This document shows, piece after piece, positions 29,805 through 41,100 of a stretch of 64,000 bases of DNA. A program made the translations under genes and the position numbers. The stretch comes from Acidimicrobiales bacterium (GTDB taxonomy: Bacteria; Actinomycetota; Acidimicrobiia; Acidimicrobiales; MedAcidi-G1). The notes below the pieces were generated by a model. It did no database searches. It was not told the DNA's origin and saw only the letters and a program-made list of their open reading frames with translations. The DNA is taken from assembly GCA_028823445.1 (NCBI GenBank), contig JAPKBH010000008.1, positions 106 to 64,105 of the forward strand. Direction: 5' to 3'. Every line of letters begins with the position of its first letter. The first letter of the stretch is position 1.

Positions 29805-30494
29805 TCAGTGCAAACTAAGGCCGAGCCCGAGAGTAAGAAGTTGCCGCAAGAGGGTGCCGGTGACGCCCCAAATGGTGTCGCCGGGGAGTTCAAAAAAAGT
29901 GATAGCTATTTCTTGACCATCTCGTTGCCAGTGTTCTTCACGCCACACCTCATCGCTAAGCAACTCGGCTAAAGCCACGTGGCGAATGGCTTCCACCTCC
30001 GCCGGGTTGGCCACCAGGGTCGGGCGTTCTGGCAAGACGGCCACAAAGGGGTGGATCAAACTGGGTCGGCCGATGGTGGTCATTGGTGGCAGTTCCCCCA
30101 CCAAGCGAGGCAAAATCGGGTCTAAAGCCACCTCCTCATGGGCCTCTCGGCAAGCAGTGACCCACAGGTCAGCATCTTCGACATCTTGGCGGCCCCCGGG
30201 GAAACTCACCTGATGCGGGTGCGAGGCCATATCGGGCGACCGACGGGTTAACACCACATGGGCCTCGCCTTGCTCTTCGTATAAGGCCACCAACACCCCG
30301 GCCGGGCGGTGATCAACCACCGGAAGGTTCGGTACGGCAAAACCATTTTGACCAGCCAAGGCGTCCACTACCTGACTTAAAGACAGCGACCGATCAGTTA
30401 AATGCGCCCAAGGGGCCGGGCCACCCAAACGCCACTGTGCAGGGCGGGGGATTATTTGCGGGCCGCCTCGCGGTTGTGCAGGGCGAAAGCTCAC
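29805..30494 (-). CDS. Nudix hydrolase, CoA pyrophosphatase-type
   Basis: Nudix box GGRQDVEDADLWVTACREAHEEVAL, preceded by VLTRRSPDMASHPHQVSFPGG. This matches the CoA-Nudix signature LLTxR[SA]..FPGG. The start is uncertain. Confidence 0.8.
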   Translation of the reverse strand: MSFRPAQPRGGPQIIPRPAQWRLGGPAPWAHLTDRSLSLSQVVDALAGQNGFAVPNLPVVDHRPAGVLVALYEEQGEAHVVLTRRSPDMASHPHQVSFPGGRQDVEDADLWVTACREAHEEVALDPILPRLVGELPPMTTIGRPSLIHPFVAVLPERPTLVANPAEVEAIRHVALAELLSDEVWREEHWQRDGQEIAITFFELPGDTIWGVTGTLLRQLLTLGLGLSLH

Positions 30495-30763
30495 GAATTG
30501 GTAAGGGCCTCAAGTTGTTTGCGTAGACCGCCCTCGGCCAAAGCAGCAGTTACTTCATCCGGCAGCGCCGTGCCTTTTTCCCACTTGTCCCACCAGTCAG
30601 CGAGCCCATGAGCTGGTTCGCCCAGCGCCTCAAGAACCTCCGGCAGGCGGCCGGTTTTCAAATTGGCCAACATGCGGCCGGGCAGCGTTTCGCCGCGAGA
30701 CCATTCATCAAATTGGCCGAGGAGTCTTTGTGGGTCAGGGGCGGGGTGATCGGTGAACTCCAT
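30491..30763 (-). CDS. hypothetical small protein (90 aa), Trp/acidic-rich
   Basis: ORF with a 4-nt stop/start overlap with the Nudix gene. No motif recognised. Contains LADWWDKWEKG. Confidence 0.5.
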   Translation of the reverse strand: MEFTDHPAPDPQRLLGQFDEWSRGETLPGRMLANLKTGRLPEVLEALGEPAHGLADWWDKWEKGTALPDEVTAALAEGGLRKQLEALTNS

Positions 30764-30784
30764 GGGTACAGGGTACCGCCGCCG

Positions 30785-30819
30785 TAAAACGACGAGAGCC
30801 GGGCCCGAAGGCCCGGCTC
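30785..30819 (-). terminator. intrinsic terminator of groES-groEL
   Basis: Perfect 10-bp GC-rich stem GAGCCGGGCC / GGCCCGGCTC (30796-30819). On the transcript it has a UUCG tetraloop followed by UCGUCGUUUU. It lies 24 nt downstream of the groEL stop. Confidence 0.8.
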
Positions 30820-30842
30820 ATCGCACATTCCCTAAGGAATGG

Positions 30843-32785
<1,943 letters not shown>

Positions 32786-32836
32786 TTAAGGGTTCCTTTT
32801 CAAACATGTTCCTCGACCCGGTTGGTCAAAGAACGA

Positions 32837-32863
32837 TTAGCAGTCTCAATGGACGAGTGCTAA
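32837..32863 (-). promoter_or_regulatory. CIRCE operator (HrcA-binding inverted repeat) upstream of groES
   Basis: TTAGCAGTC-N9-GAGTGCTAA against the consensus TTAGCACTC-N9-GAGTGCTAA: one mismatch and exact 9-nt spacing. It lies 52 nt upstream of the groES start. Confidence 0.9.
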
Positions 32864-32892
32864 TGATACGGACTTGCCACCTACGGCAACAA
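32863..32892 (-). promoter_or_regulatory. candidate sigma-70-type promoter of groES-groEL
   Basis: On the minus strand: TTGTTG (32892-32887), an 18-nt spacer, then TATCAT (32868-32863) abutting the CIRCE element. Pattern match only. Confidence 0.35.
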
Positions 32893-32919
32893 CGTCGCCG
32901 GGCTTGATTTAAGCAAAAA

Positions 32920-33951
32920 TTACGGCAACAAAGGAAGCGCCCAGTTGGGGTTCGCTCCCGTATCTAGCGGGCTGGGACCGTCGCTTTGCAAACGCCACCA
33001 ACCTGCCGCCGCCACCATGGCCGCATTATCGGTACACATGGCTCGGCTGGGCAAGAAAGCCCGCACCCCGGTTTCCATACAAACGTCTAAAAAACGTTCC
33101 CTAAGCCGAGAGTTAGCCGCCACCCCGCCGCCCAAACACAGCCCCTTGGCGCCGGTAGCTTCCACGGCCCAACGAGCCTTGGTCACCAAAGCATCAACTA
33201 CCGCTTCTTGAAACGAAGCGGCCACGTCGGCGGCCGCCACATCGGGTTCGTTGCGCACATGGTTAACTACCGCCGTTTTTAACCCAGAAAACGAAAAGGC
33301 AAAACGTCGATCGTCGGGCAAAGTGGCGGGATTTTCTTGCACCAATGCTCGGGGGTATTTGAAAGCCGAAGCGTCACCTTCCATGGCCAGAGCATCGATA
33401 GCCGGCCCACCTGGGTAATCCAAACCTAGATAACGAGCCACTTTGTCAAAGGCTTCGCCAGCAGCATCATCCAAGGTGGACCCCAACAAGCGATATTTTC
33501 CATGGCCTTCCATCAGAACCAACATGGTGTGCCCGCCAGAAACCAACAACACCACCAACGGAAGTTCCAAATCGGGTTCTTCTAAAAAAGCGGCATACAG
33601 GTGCGCTTCAAGGTGGTTCACCGAAACAAAAGGCACATCCCACACTAAAGCCAACGACTTAGCGGCCGTCACCCCCACCAGCAACGAACCCACTAATCCC
33701 GGACCGGTCGTAGCGGCCACCGCATCAACCTCTGGGCCTTCTAAACCCGCAGCCAGCAAAGCCTCAGCCACCACCGGCACCATCAACTCCACATGGGCTC
33801 GACTGGCCACCTCGGGCACTACCCCTCCAAAACGGGCATGCAGATCCACCTGACTATTGACTACCGACGAACGCACGGTGGACGCTCGCTCCACCACGGC
33901 GGCCGCGGTTTCGTCACAAGAAGTCTCAATGCCTAAAATTAAATCACCCAT
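32920..33951 (-). CDS. tsaD: tRNA N6-adenosine threonylcarbamoyltransferase TsaD
   Basis: ILGIETSCDETAAAV, SGGHT and GGVAAN motifs. The ATG at 33951 (MGDLILGIETSCDET) is preferred over the ORF-track start at 33975. Confidence 0.95.
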   Translation of the reverse strand: MGDLILGIETSCDETAAAVVERASTVRSSVVNSQVDLHARFGGVVPEVASRAHVELMVPVVAEALLAAGLEGPEVDAVAATTGPGLVGSLLVGVTAAKSLALVWDVPFVSVNHLEAHLYAAFLEEPDLELPLVVLLVSGGHTMLVLMEGHGKYRLLGSTLDDAAGEAFDKVARYLGLDYPGGPAIDALAMEGDASAFKYPRALVQENPATLPDDRRFAFSFSGLKTAVVNHVRNEPDVAAADVAASFQEAVVDALVTKARWAVEATGAKGLCLGGGVAANSRLRERFLDVCMETGVRAFLPSRAMCTDNAAMVAAAGWWRLQSDGPSPLDTGANPNWALPLLP

Positions 33952-34459
33952 GACGCTCTTTCCTTTTTTCGGCAACCACTACTCGTTCTAAAAACTCTGG
34001 CTGATCAATGTCGTGAACCCACATGATGAGCGCATCTTCGCCAGTGTCGGCGTAGTAACCCACCCGCACCCCGGCCGGAGCAAAACCAAACCGCTGGTAC
34101 AAGGCAATGGCCGCTTCGTTGCTGCAACGCACCTCAAGGGTCATTGATTTCAAACCCCGCTCCACCGACGCTCGGCAAAGGGCAGCCAAAATTTGCGCCC
34201 CAATACCTCGGCGCTGCTGATGAGGGTGCACGGCAACGGAGGTCACGTGGCCTTCGTCGGCCACCACCATCAGGGCCCCGTGGCCCACCAGTTGCCCGTC
34301 TCGTTCCGCCACCAAATTGACTCGCGAACCTGCCAAAGAAAGTTGTTGCCGCAAAAAGCTTGGCGACCATGCCGAAGGGTAAACCAGTTCGTCAATAGCC
34401 AATGCCGGGCCAATATCGGCTTCGACCATGGGGCGCAAGCAACCCGCAGCAACGGTCAT
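33944..34459 (-). CDS. rimI: ribosomal-protein-alanine N-acetyltransferase (GNAT)
   Basis: GNAT motif A QQRRGIGAQIL, sitting between tsaB and tsaD as is usual. The ATG at 34459 overlaps the tsaB stop (TGATG). The ORF track extends to 34534. Confidence 0.85.
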   Translation of the reverse strand: MTVAAGCLRPMVEADIGPALAIDELVYPSAWSPSFLRQQLSLAGSRVNLVAERDGQLVGHGALMVVADEGHVTSVAVHPHQQRRGIGAQILAALCRASVERGLKSMTLEVRCSNEAAIALYQRFGFAPAGVRVGYYADTGEDALIMWVHDIDQPEFLERVVVAEKRKERHG

Positions 34460-35160
34460 CACGACTGGTCGCCTCGGGTCGCCCAATTGATTTCGGCATC
34501 CGGTTGCCGCAAGTAAATCGGTTTGATCTCCCAAGACTGAACAAACTCTTCTCGCATGGCTCGAGCGTGGGCCAACTGCACCAACGAACGAGCACTGGGG
34601 CTAGCCAAACCTTGTTCGGCCATTTCTATTTTTTTCACCGAAGCGAAGGTCTCGGCGTAACGTAAAGCCCCGTCGCCCACCAGCAACGAAGGCTCGTCGA
34701 GGTCCATGAGTTCGGTGGCCAGTTCTTCTGGTGTACACACTTGGGCTTCACGAACCCGTTGAACGCCGCCTGGGACCTTACGAAATAAAGCGGTAAACAG
34801 TTCGCCCCGGCGTGCATCTAGTGCCGTGACAATAAGCCGGTTGGTCCAACGAGCCGGAAAAGCCAAAAGGTCCAGGCTGCACACCCCGATCATGGGCACT
34901 CCCAAGGCATGGGCCAAAGACACCCCGGCGGTAATCCCTACCCGTAACCCGGTGTAAAGCCCCGGGCCAACATCAACGGCAATGGCCCCGAGGTCAGAAA
35001 ACTCAATACCGGCTTGTTTGCGCACAAAATCCATTTGCGGCGTTAACGATTCGGCATGGCGTCGACCTCGGCCCGTATGGGCAGACGCCAAGACTCCTTC
35101 GTGCCCACCAATGGCACACCCAACTTGCGAACCCGCACTTTCAATACCCAAGATCAACAT
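34459..35160 (-). CDS. tsaB: tRNA threonylcarbamoyladenosine biosynthesis protein TsaB
   Basis: 233 aa. Starts MLILGIESAG, with a GPGLYTGLRVG motif. Operon context with tsaE, rimI and tsaD. Confidence 0.9.
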   Translation of the reverse strand: MLILGIESAGSQVGCAIGGHEGVLASAHTGRGRRHAESLTPQMDFVRKQAGIEFSDLGAIAVDVGPGLYTGLRVGITAGVSLAHALGVPMIGVCSLDLLAFPARWTNRLIVTALDARRGELFTALFRKVPGGVQRVREAQVCTPEELATELMDLDEPSLLVGDGALRYAETFASVKKIEMAEQGLASPSARSLVQLAHARAMREEFVQSWEIKPIYLRQPDAEINWATRGDQS

Positions 35161-35639
35161 TATGTGTCCTCACCGGCGCATAAATTCGCCAAAGCTTCTG
35201 CTCGGTCTTGCCAGTCGTTGCCCACCAAACGAAACGATACCTGCCGGTCGTCAAGGTCTTGACCCAGGCTTAAATGCACTTCTAAATACCCACCCGGCAA
35301 AGCCCCGGCAATGGCGTCCCCCCACTCGATAAGGGTGACCGATTGGTCATCAACTATCTCCGGCAAAGCGAGGTCACGCACCTCGTCAATATGGGCCAAA
35401 CGGTAAACATCAAGATGATTAATGATGAGGTCTCCGGCGTACTGGTTGGCCAAAGTAAAAGTAGGCGAGGTAATAGGTTGAGTGACCCCCATGGCCCGGC
35501 CGAAACCTTGCGTAAACGCTGTTTTGCCGGCCCCCAGGTCGCCGCACAGCACGATCATGTCGCCGGCTTGAGCCAACCTTGCCAAACCGGCGGCCAACGC
35601 TTGGGTTTCTTCCACTCTGCTGGTGTTCACCCTCAACAT
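35160..35639 (-). CDS. tsaE: tRNA threonylcarbamoyladenosine biosynthesis ATPase TsaE
   Basis: 159 aa. Walker A GDLGAGKTAFTQG, with SPTFTL and HLDVYRL motifs. Confidence 0.92.
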   Translation of the reverse strand: MLRVNTSRVEETQALAAGLARLAQAGDMIVLCGDLGAGKTAFTQGFGRAMGVTQPITSPTFTLANQYAGDLIINHLDVYRLAHIDEVRDLALPEIVDDQSVTLIEWGDAIAGALPGGYLEVHLSLGQDLDDRQVSFRLVGNDWQDRAEALANLCAGEDT

Positions 35640-36202
35640 GGTGCCTCCACCAACTCTTTTATTCGGACAAAATCTTCGCGCATGCGATCTAACACTTTAA
35701 CCCCACCACGTAGGGCTGCTGCCGGATGAAAGGTCGGCACCAAATGGCGACCAAGGTACTGGTAGTTTTGGCCCCGCAGTTTGGTGATTCCGGTGCGGGT
35801 TTCTAGCAACAAACGTGAAGCGAAATTTCCTAACGGCACAATCACCGTGGGGTTAATGGCTTCAATTTGGGCCAACAAATAAGGCTGGCAGGCTTCGATT
35901 TCTTCTGGTTTGGGGTCACGGTTTTCTGGTGGACGGCACTTGACTACGTTGGCGATGTAACAGTCTTGGCGAGACAAACCAAGCTCTTCTTCAATCAAGC
36001 GCTGCAAAAGCTTTCCCGAACGGCCAATAAACGGCACACCCTCAAGGTCTTCGGTAGCCCCCGGGCCTTCGCCGACAAAGAACACCGCAGCCCTTGAGTC
36101 GCCGTCGCCAAAAACTACTTGCGTGCGCGTTTTTGCCAAAACACATTTTTGGCAGTCCGCCGCTTCAACGGCAAGAATTTTTAACGAGGTCGGCACCCCC
36201 AC
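35633..36202 (-). CDS. uracil-DNA glycosylase, family 4
   Basis: 189 aa. Cys cluster C..C near the N-terminus, GEGPGATEDLEGVPFIGRSGKLL, and a HPAA motif near the C-terminus. Confidence 0.85.
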   Translation of the reverse strand: MGVPTSLKILAVEAADCQKCVLAKTRTQVVFGDGDSRAAVFFVGEGPGATEDLEGVPFIGRSGKLLQRLIEEELGLSRQDCYIANVVKCRPPENRDPKPEEIEACQPYLLAQIEAINPTVIVPLGNFASRLLLETRTGITKLRGQNYQYLGRHLVPTFHPAAALRGGVKVLDRMREDFVRIKELVEAPC

Positions 36203-36220
36203 AGGATACCGGCCCGGCTC

Positions 36221-37081
36221 TCAGCAAGCCTGATGTACCGCTTGTTCAACGGCGGCCACCACCAGGGCTCGTACAACATCTACCGAGTCGGCCTCGACTT
36301 TGCCGGTAGCGGCCGCCACCACCGCATCACCGTCTGAACCCAAATGCGGCGGAAAGATCGCTCGCGCCAACCCGTCGTGGCCAGATTGGGCCAACAAAAA
36401 ACAATCGGTTTTGCTGAGCACCGCATTGGTGACCACAGCAACCAAGGTGGTGTTTTCTTGAAAATGGTCATGGCTATTGGGCCACGCCTTAAAAGTCCCG
36501 TCAGCCACCGCAGCCGACAAAGTGCCGTCGTCGGGTTGACCTAAAGCATTGACCGCCGCCAAAGCTGCCACCATCACCTCGCCTTTTTGAGCCACCCCAA
36601 AACCTAGGCCGCCGGGCTGAGCTTTATCACGGCCCGCCCATTTGCCCACCGTGGCCCCGGTACCGGCCCCCACGGCGCCGGTCAAAAACTCTTCGCGGGC
36701 TGACTCAACTGCCGCCCGTCCTTGGTCCGCCCCCGGGCGCACCCCAGGTTCCCCGGCCAGCAAGTCGAACAACCCCATGCCCACCACGATGGGTATGGGC
36801 CCTGCCCCGGTAGGAAACCCCACGCCTTGTTCTTCTAAAAAAGTCACCACCCCATCGGCGGCCGCTAAACCAAAAACCGACCCTCCGGTCAACAGCACAG
36901 CATTTACTTGCCCCACTGTTCGCTCGGGCGCCAACAACGAAAAATCTCGGGTAGCCGGAGCACCGCCCCGCACCTCGCCAGAAGCCACCGTGCCTTCAGG
37001 CAACAAAACCACCGTGCACCCGGTGCGGGCCATCTGGTCATCCCAGTGCCCAACTTTTACTCCATCAATGGGGAACCTCAT
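36221..37081 (-). CDS. P1 family peptidase (DmpA/S58 L-aminopeptidase-like, Ntn hydrolase)
   Basis: 286 aa. Motifs VKVGHWDD...TGCTVVL, LLTGGSVFGL, and the autoprocessing-site-like ENTTLVAVVTNA. Confidence 0.82.
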   Translation of the reverse strand: MRFPIDGVKVGHWDDQMARTGCTVVLLPEGTVASGEVRGGAPATRDFSLLAPERTVGQVNAVLLTGGSVFGLAAADGVVTFLEEQGVGFPTGAGPIPIVVGMGLFDLLAGEPGVRPGADQGRAAVESAREEFLTGAVGAGTGATVGKWAGRDKAQPGGLGFGVAQKGEVMVAALAAVNALGQPDDGTLSAAVADGTFKAWPNSHDHFQENTTLVAVVTNAVLSKTDCFLLAQSGHDGLARAIFPPHLGSDGDAVVAAATGKVEADSVDVVRALVVAAVEQAVHQAC

Positions 37082-38190
37082 AAGCCTTGACCATAGCGAG
37101 TTAGGAGTTCATCTATTTGACTGTCGTAATCGGCGGCCACCGAAGCCCACGAGAACCGGCGCATTTCAAAAGCCAAGCCTTCAGATTTTTGGTGCCAACT
37201 TGAAAAATCGTTCACCACCAAACGCAGTCGTTCAACCAACTGGCCTGGAGGGTAAAGCGCTGCTTCATGCCACGCCTCAGGAATCAACTCGGGGTAACTC
37301 TGGTGAGCCGGCAGCACCGGCACCGCCCCCGCCGCTAATGCTTCCACTACGGCAATGCCAAAAAATTCGTGATGCGCCGCACTGATCACCACATCGGTTT
37401 GCCCCACCAAGCGCACATATTCTTCTCGGGGTAAAAACCCGTAGGCCACTACCCGGTCGGCCAATTTCTCTTTCGCCTCCTCAATCTCTCGAGGGTTTTC
37501 TCGCACGTTTTCTCCCACCAAAGCCACTGAGAAACTTAAGCCTTCTTCAGCCAAGGCCACCAAAGCATCCATCACCTCGTGGGGGTTCTTGTCGTAGTCC
37601 CAGCGCTGGTTCCATAACACCAACGGCGGGTTGTTGGGTTGGCCTGCTGCGGGGACATCACCCAACTCCACCCCCACCGGCATCACCAAACTTTTGGCAC
37701 CGACCTCGGACAACAAATGATGCTGCGGTTGGTCGGGGGCCCGGTCAAGCAAAGCCGGCAAAGCGCTCAGCAGAGACTGCCGGTGAAAGTCAGAGTTAAA
37801 CCACACTTGGTCAGCGGCCACCAGCGAACGCCAATTAGCCAACGGAAACTCGTCGTTCGCTTTCTGTTGCGGGCTCAAGGGGTAACCCAACTGGTTTTCA
37901 TGCATATACAAAACCACCGGAGGATCGCCCAAAAACCGGCGGGTCAAACCCAGCCAGGCCGAGAGATCCACCATGGAAGAAACCAGCACCAGGTCGGGTT
38001 GGCCAAACTGCTCAACCGCCTCCTGGGTTGCTTCAGCCAGCGTGACCGATCCGCCACGAAAGCGCCACCGCCAAAAACTCCCCGGATGACTAACCACGAC
38101 CACCTGGTGTTGCGAATGCTGAGCAAAACCTTGCGCCCAAGCCGCATGAGACCCCCCGCAAAAAGGCTCCACTAAAAATACCCGACTCAT
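37078..38190 (-). CDS. DUF3524-containing GT4 glycosyltransferase, GTDC1 (QTMAN)-like
   Basis: 370 aa. Blocks EPFCGGSH, LYMHENQLGYP, VWFNSDFH, LWNQRWDYDKNP and HHEFFGIAVVEALAAG. From my memory of the human GTDC1 sequence, these match it block for block. ATGA overlaps at both ends (38187-38190 and 37078-37081). Confidence 0.75.
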   Translation of the reverse strand: MSRVFLVEPFCGGSHAAWAQGFAQHSQHQVVVVSHPGSFWRWRFRGGSVTLAEATQEAVEQFGQPDLVLVSSMVDLSAWLGLTRRFLGDPPVVLYMHENQLGYPLSPQQKANDEFPLANWRSLVAADQVWFNSDFHRQSLLSALPALLDRAPDQPQHHLLSEVGAKSLVMPVGVELGDVPAAGQPNNPPLVLWNQRWDYDKNPHEVMDALVALAEEGLSFSVALVGENVRENPREIEEAKEKLADRVVAYGFLPREEYVRLVGQTDVVISAAHHEFFGIAVVEALAAGAVPVLPAHQSYPELIPEAWHEAALYPPGQLVERLRLVVNDFSSWHQKSEGLAFEMRRFSWASVAADYDSQIDELLTRYGQGL

Positions 38191-41100
38191 AAGTTGCCCT
38201 CGGGATCTGCCCGTTCAACCGTTGCTTGCACCATCACATTGACCATCAATAACAAAACAGCCAACAGTCCAAAGTGGTGCGCCGACCGGCCCCAAGAAGG
38301 CCAAGCAAAAGAAGGTTCATACTCCCATCGGATTTGCAAGAAAATAATGTAAGCCACCCCACCGCCGTAAGCCAGCGCAGCTAACACCAGGGGCGCTAAA
38401 CGCCACCTCGTAGAGCGGGCACTCAGCCAACCCATTATGGCTACCAGTACCCCGACCCAAGGACGCGAAACCAGTGCCCCCAGCAACCCCATACTTAAAG
38501 CCACTTGGAGTGCCATGGTTTGGCTAAGCGCCACGTGAGTCTGGGCTCCTAAAAGTTTCGGCGACGCAGACCGAATTGCTGCGGATGAAAAACGCCTCCC
38601 CCGCCAAGCCAAAGTCAAACACAGAAATATGGCCAACGCAGAAACAATCAAACCTCGGTTGACCAAACGTTGCGGTTCCCAACGGAACTCCACGGCAAGT
38701 TGGCCGGGGGCACTCGGGTTGACCAGCCAACCGTTAGCGAATCCATCTACTAACTGGGGGGTTCCTAAATCTTCACCGTTCACACTGGCTACCCAGCCTT
38801 CGTTAAAACTTTGCCCAAGGACCAACCAAAAAGATTCTCCCTCTTGGCTAATTTGGGCCGATAACGCAGACCTACCTTGGTGGGTCACCGTTACTTGAGC
38901 AGACAGCTCGCCGGCCGGGTTACTCCACTGCCCAGTGGCAGCACCGCCCACCCCGGAGCGCAAAACAATTCGATCAATATTGAACCCGGTAAAGCGCCCG
39001 TCGACCGTTTGCACTCGAGTATCGCCCGCCGGAAGCGCCAGCGACTGGTCACAAAATACTGCCAGCAAACCTTGACCGGCTAATGCGGTTGCTCGGTCAC
39101 CGGTTACCCGAAGGCCCACCGGTTGACCGTTTATGATCACCAGGTCAGTACGGCAACCAGAATCAAAAACCCCGGGGACCGGCGGCGCCACCAGCGAGGC
39201 GATTCCTATTTCGGCTAAAGCCACCGGCATCACTACCTCACTCCCGGTGTACCAGTTGTCGGTTTCTTTTTCCTTAACCGCAGCGATGGTGACGGTAACG
39301 GTACGGCCCGTTAAGGGTTGCGGCAAAACAAGCGGCACCGCCACCACATGGCCCAGCGTTTCACCGGGCGTGATGGGAGGAAGGTCAAGGGAGACTTCTT
39401 GGCCATCAACAGCCACCGTGAGGCGAGTAGGAATACTGTGATGCTGATCAGCCACCACCAAGAGATCCAAACGGTTCACAGTGATTGGATCAGCCACCGT
39501 GTAAGACACCCATTGACCGGTTTGTTCAAGAAACTCTGGGCTCCAATGGGTACCGGGGTCGCCATCAATAGCCGCTAAAGCACGGGCCCGCAAGTCGCCG
39601 GCCAACCGGTCGCTAGAGCGGGCCGTGACCCCACCTTGCTCAGCATTTGGTACGCCCAATATTTCGTCAAGCATCTGGTCGGGCGCCCAATCCGCTAACC
39701 GCACCGTGGCCTCCCCCCACCAAGAGCGCTCCGATGGAAGGTCCAGCACTCGGTCAATAATGCGTTCCGGGTCGGGGCGCACCGGTTCAGCCGGGTTGGT
39801 GCGGTGCCGGGTCAAGACCACCGCCACATCGTGATCCACATCGTTGCTGACCGACAACACCTCGGTGGGTACCCGCAGCACCTCATCGACCACCAGCCCT
39901 AAATCAATTTCGGCAAACCCGGCGGGCCCCGGCGGCCCAAGCCCATCAACAAAAGTAAAAGAAGCCGTTTGCATCGAGCGCTCACCAATGTCCACCGTTT
40001 GACCGCCCAAAACATATGAGCGGGCATCAAGTTCAACCAAAAACCCTGGTTCTCCGTCAAGGACCACCGACAAAGTGCGCACCCGACGGTCTTGTGGCCC
40101 CACCAGCGGTTGGGTAAAGGTGATTCCATTGAGGGTTGTCGGAGCCGAAAGCGACAACACCAACTCTGGCGGCACCGCTTCGCCGTACTCCTCAATGCGC
40201 CATGAGGTCAACGGGTCTCCATCAAAAGCATTAACCGGGCGAAACTCTGGATTCAAAAAAACTCGGTTGCCGTAACCGGTGGCCCCCACCGAAGCAAAAC
40301 CTAAATCTTCACCTTCCGCGCTCACTACCCGATACTCGGCGTGGGTCGTTGGCGCTCCATCCACAGGGCGTATACGCACATCGCTCACATCAGGAAATAG
40401 CGAGGCAGCCCCCAGCGGTTCGGTGTAGCCCACGTTGGCATTCATGGCGTACCAGCGTTCCGCCCGCTCCCGGTTGGTATCGGTCACCGCTAAACGATCG
40501 GTGGGGCTTAGCGACTTCACCGAAGCGGCGTAACGCACCACACCGTCAGCGGCATCCAGTAACCCAGCGGCCGCTAAGGCCACCAAGCCCTCTCCATCTC
40601 CCGAGACCACCAAAGAAGAATCCACCGGGCGGGCCCGCACCATTCCTAAAGAATCTTCCACCGCAAAAATAGCCACCGGAGGCGGGTCAACCGCATCAAG
40701 GGGTATCCCCAGTTCAAGTTCATCAAACATGGGGTGCTCCTCACCGGCCACATTAGGAACCGGTTCGCCAAAGGCCCGCGGCGACGCTAATCCCTCCGGA
40801 GGATCAACCAACATCGCCCAAAGGGGTCGAGGCCGCGCCGTGCGGTAACGCTCGTATTCCAAATCGCTTCGGAGCACCACATCGCCGACCCCCAGCAACC
40901 GAGCGATCTCTGGCAAAGCCGCCGGTTCAAACCAGCCTTCTTGCATGCTCCGATCAAAAGCCACCAATAGGTTGGCTCCCGACTGGTCCCCGTGAGGCAA
41001 TAACTCACGAGCCACATAAGGGCGCTCGATAAGCCCCGGAGTAATGGGGTCCAAAGTGTGGCCCCATCGGTAAGAAGCAAAATCCACTCCGGGAATTTCC

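Noticed and set aside
36642-37385. 247-aa plus-strand ORF spanning the DmpA peptidase/DUF3524 GT junction on the opposite strand
   Set aside because: Pro/Ala/Thr-rich shadow ORF that crosses a gene boundary of real minus-strand genes. No RBS and no recognisable motif.
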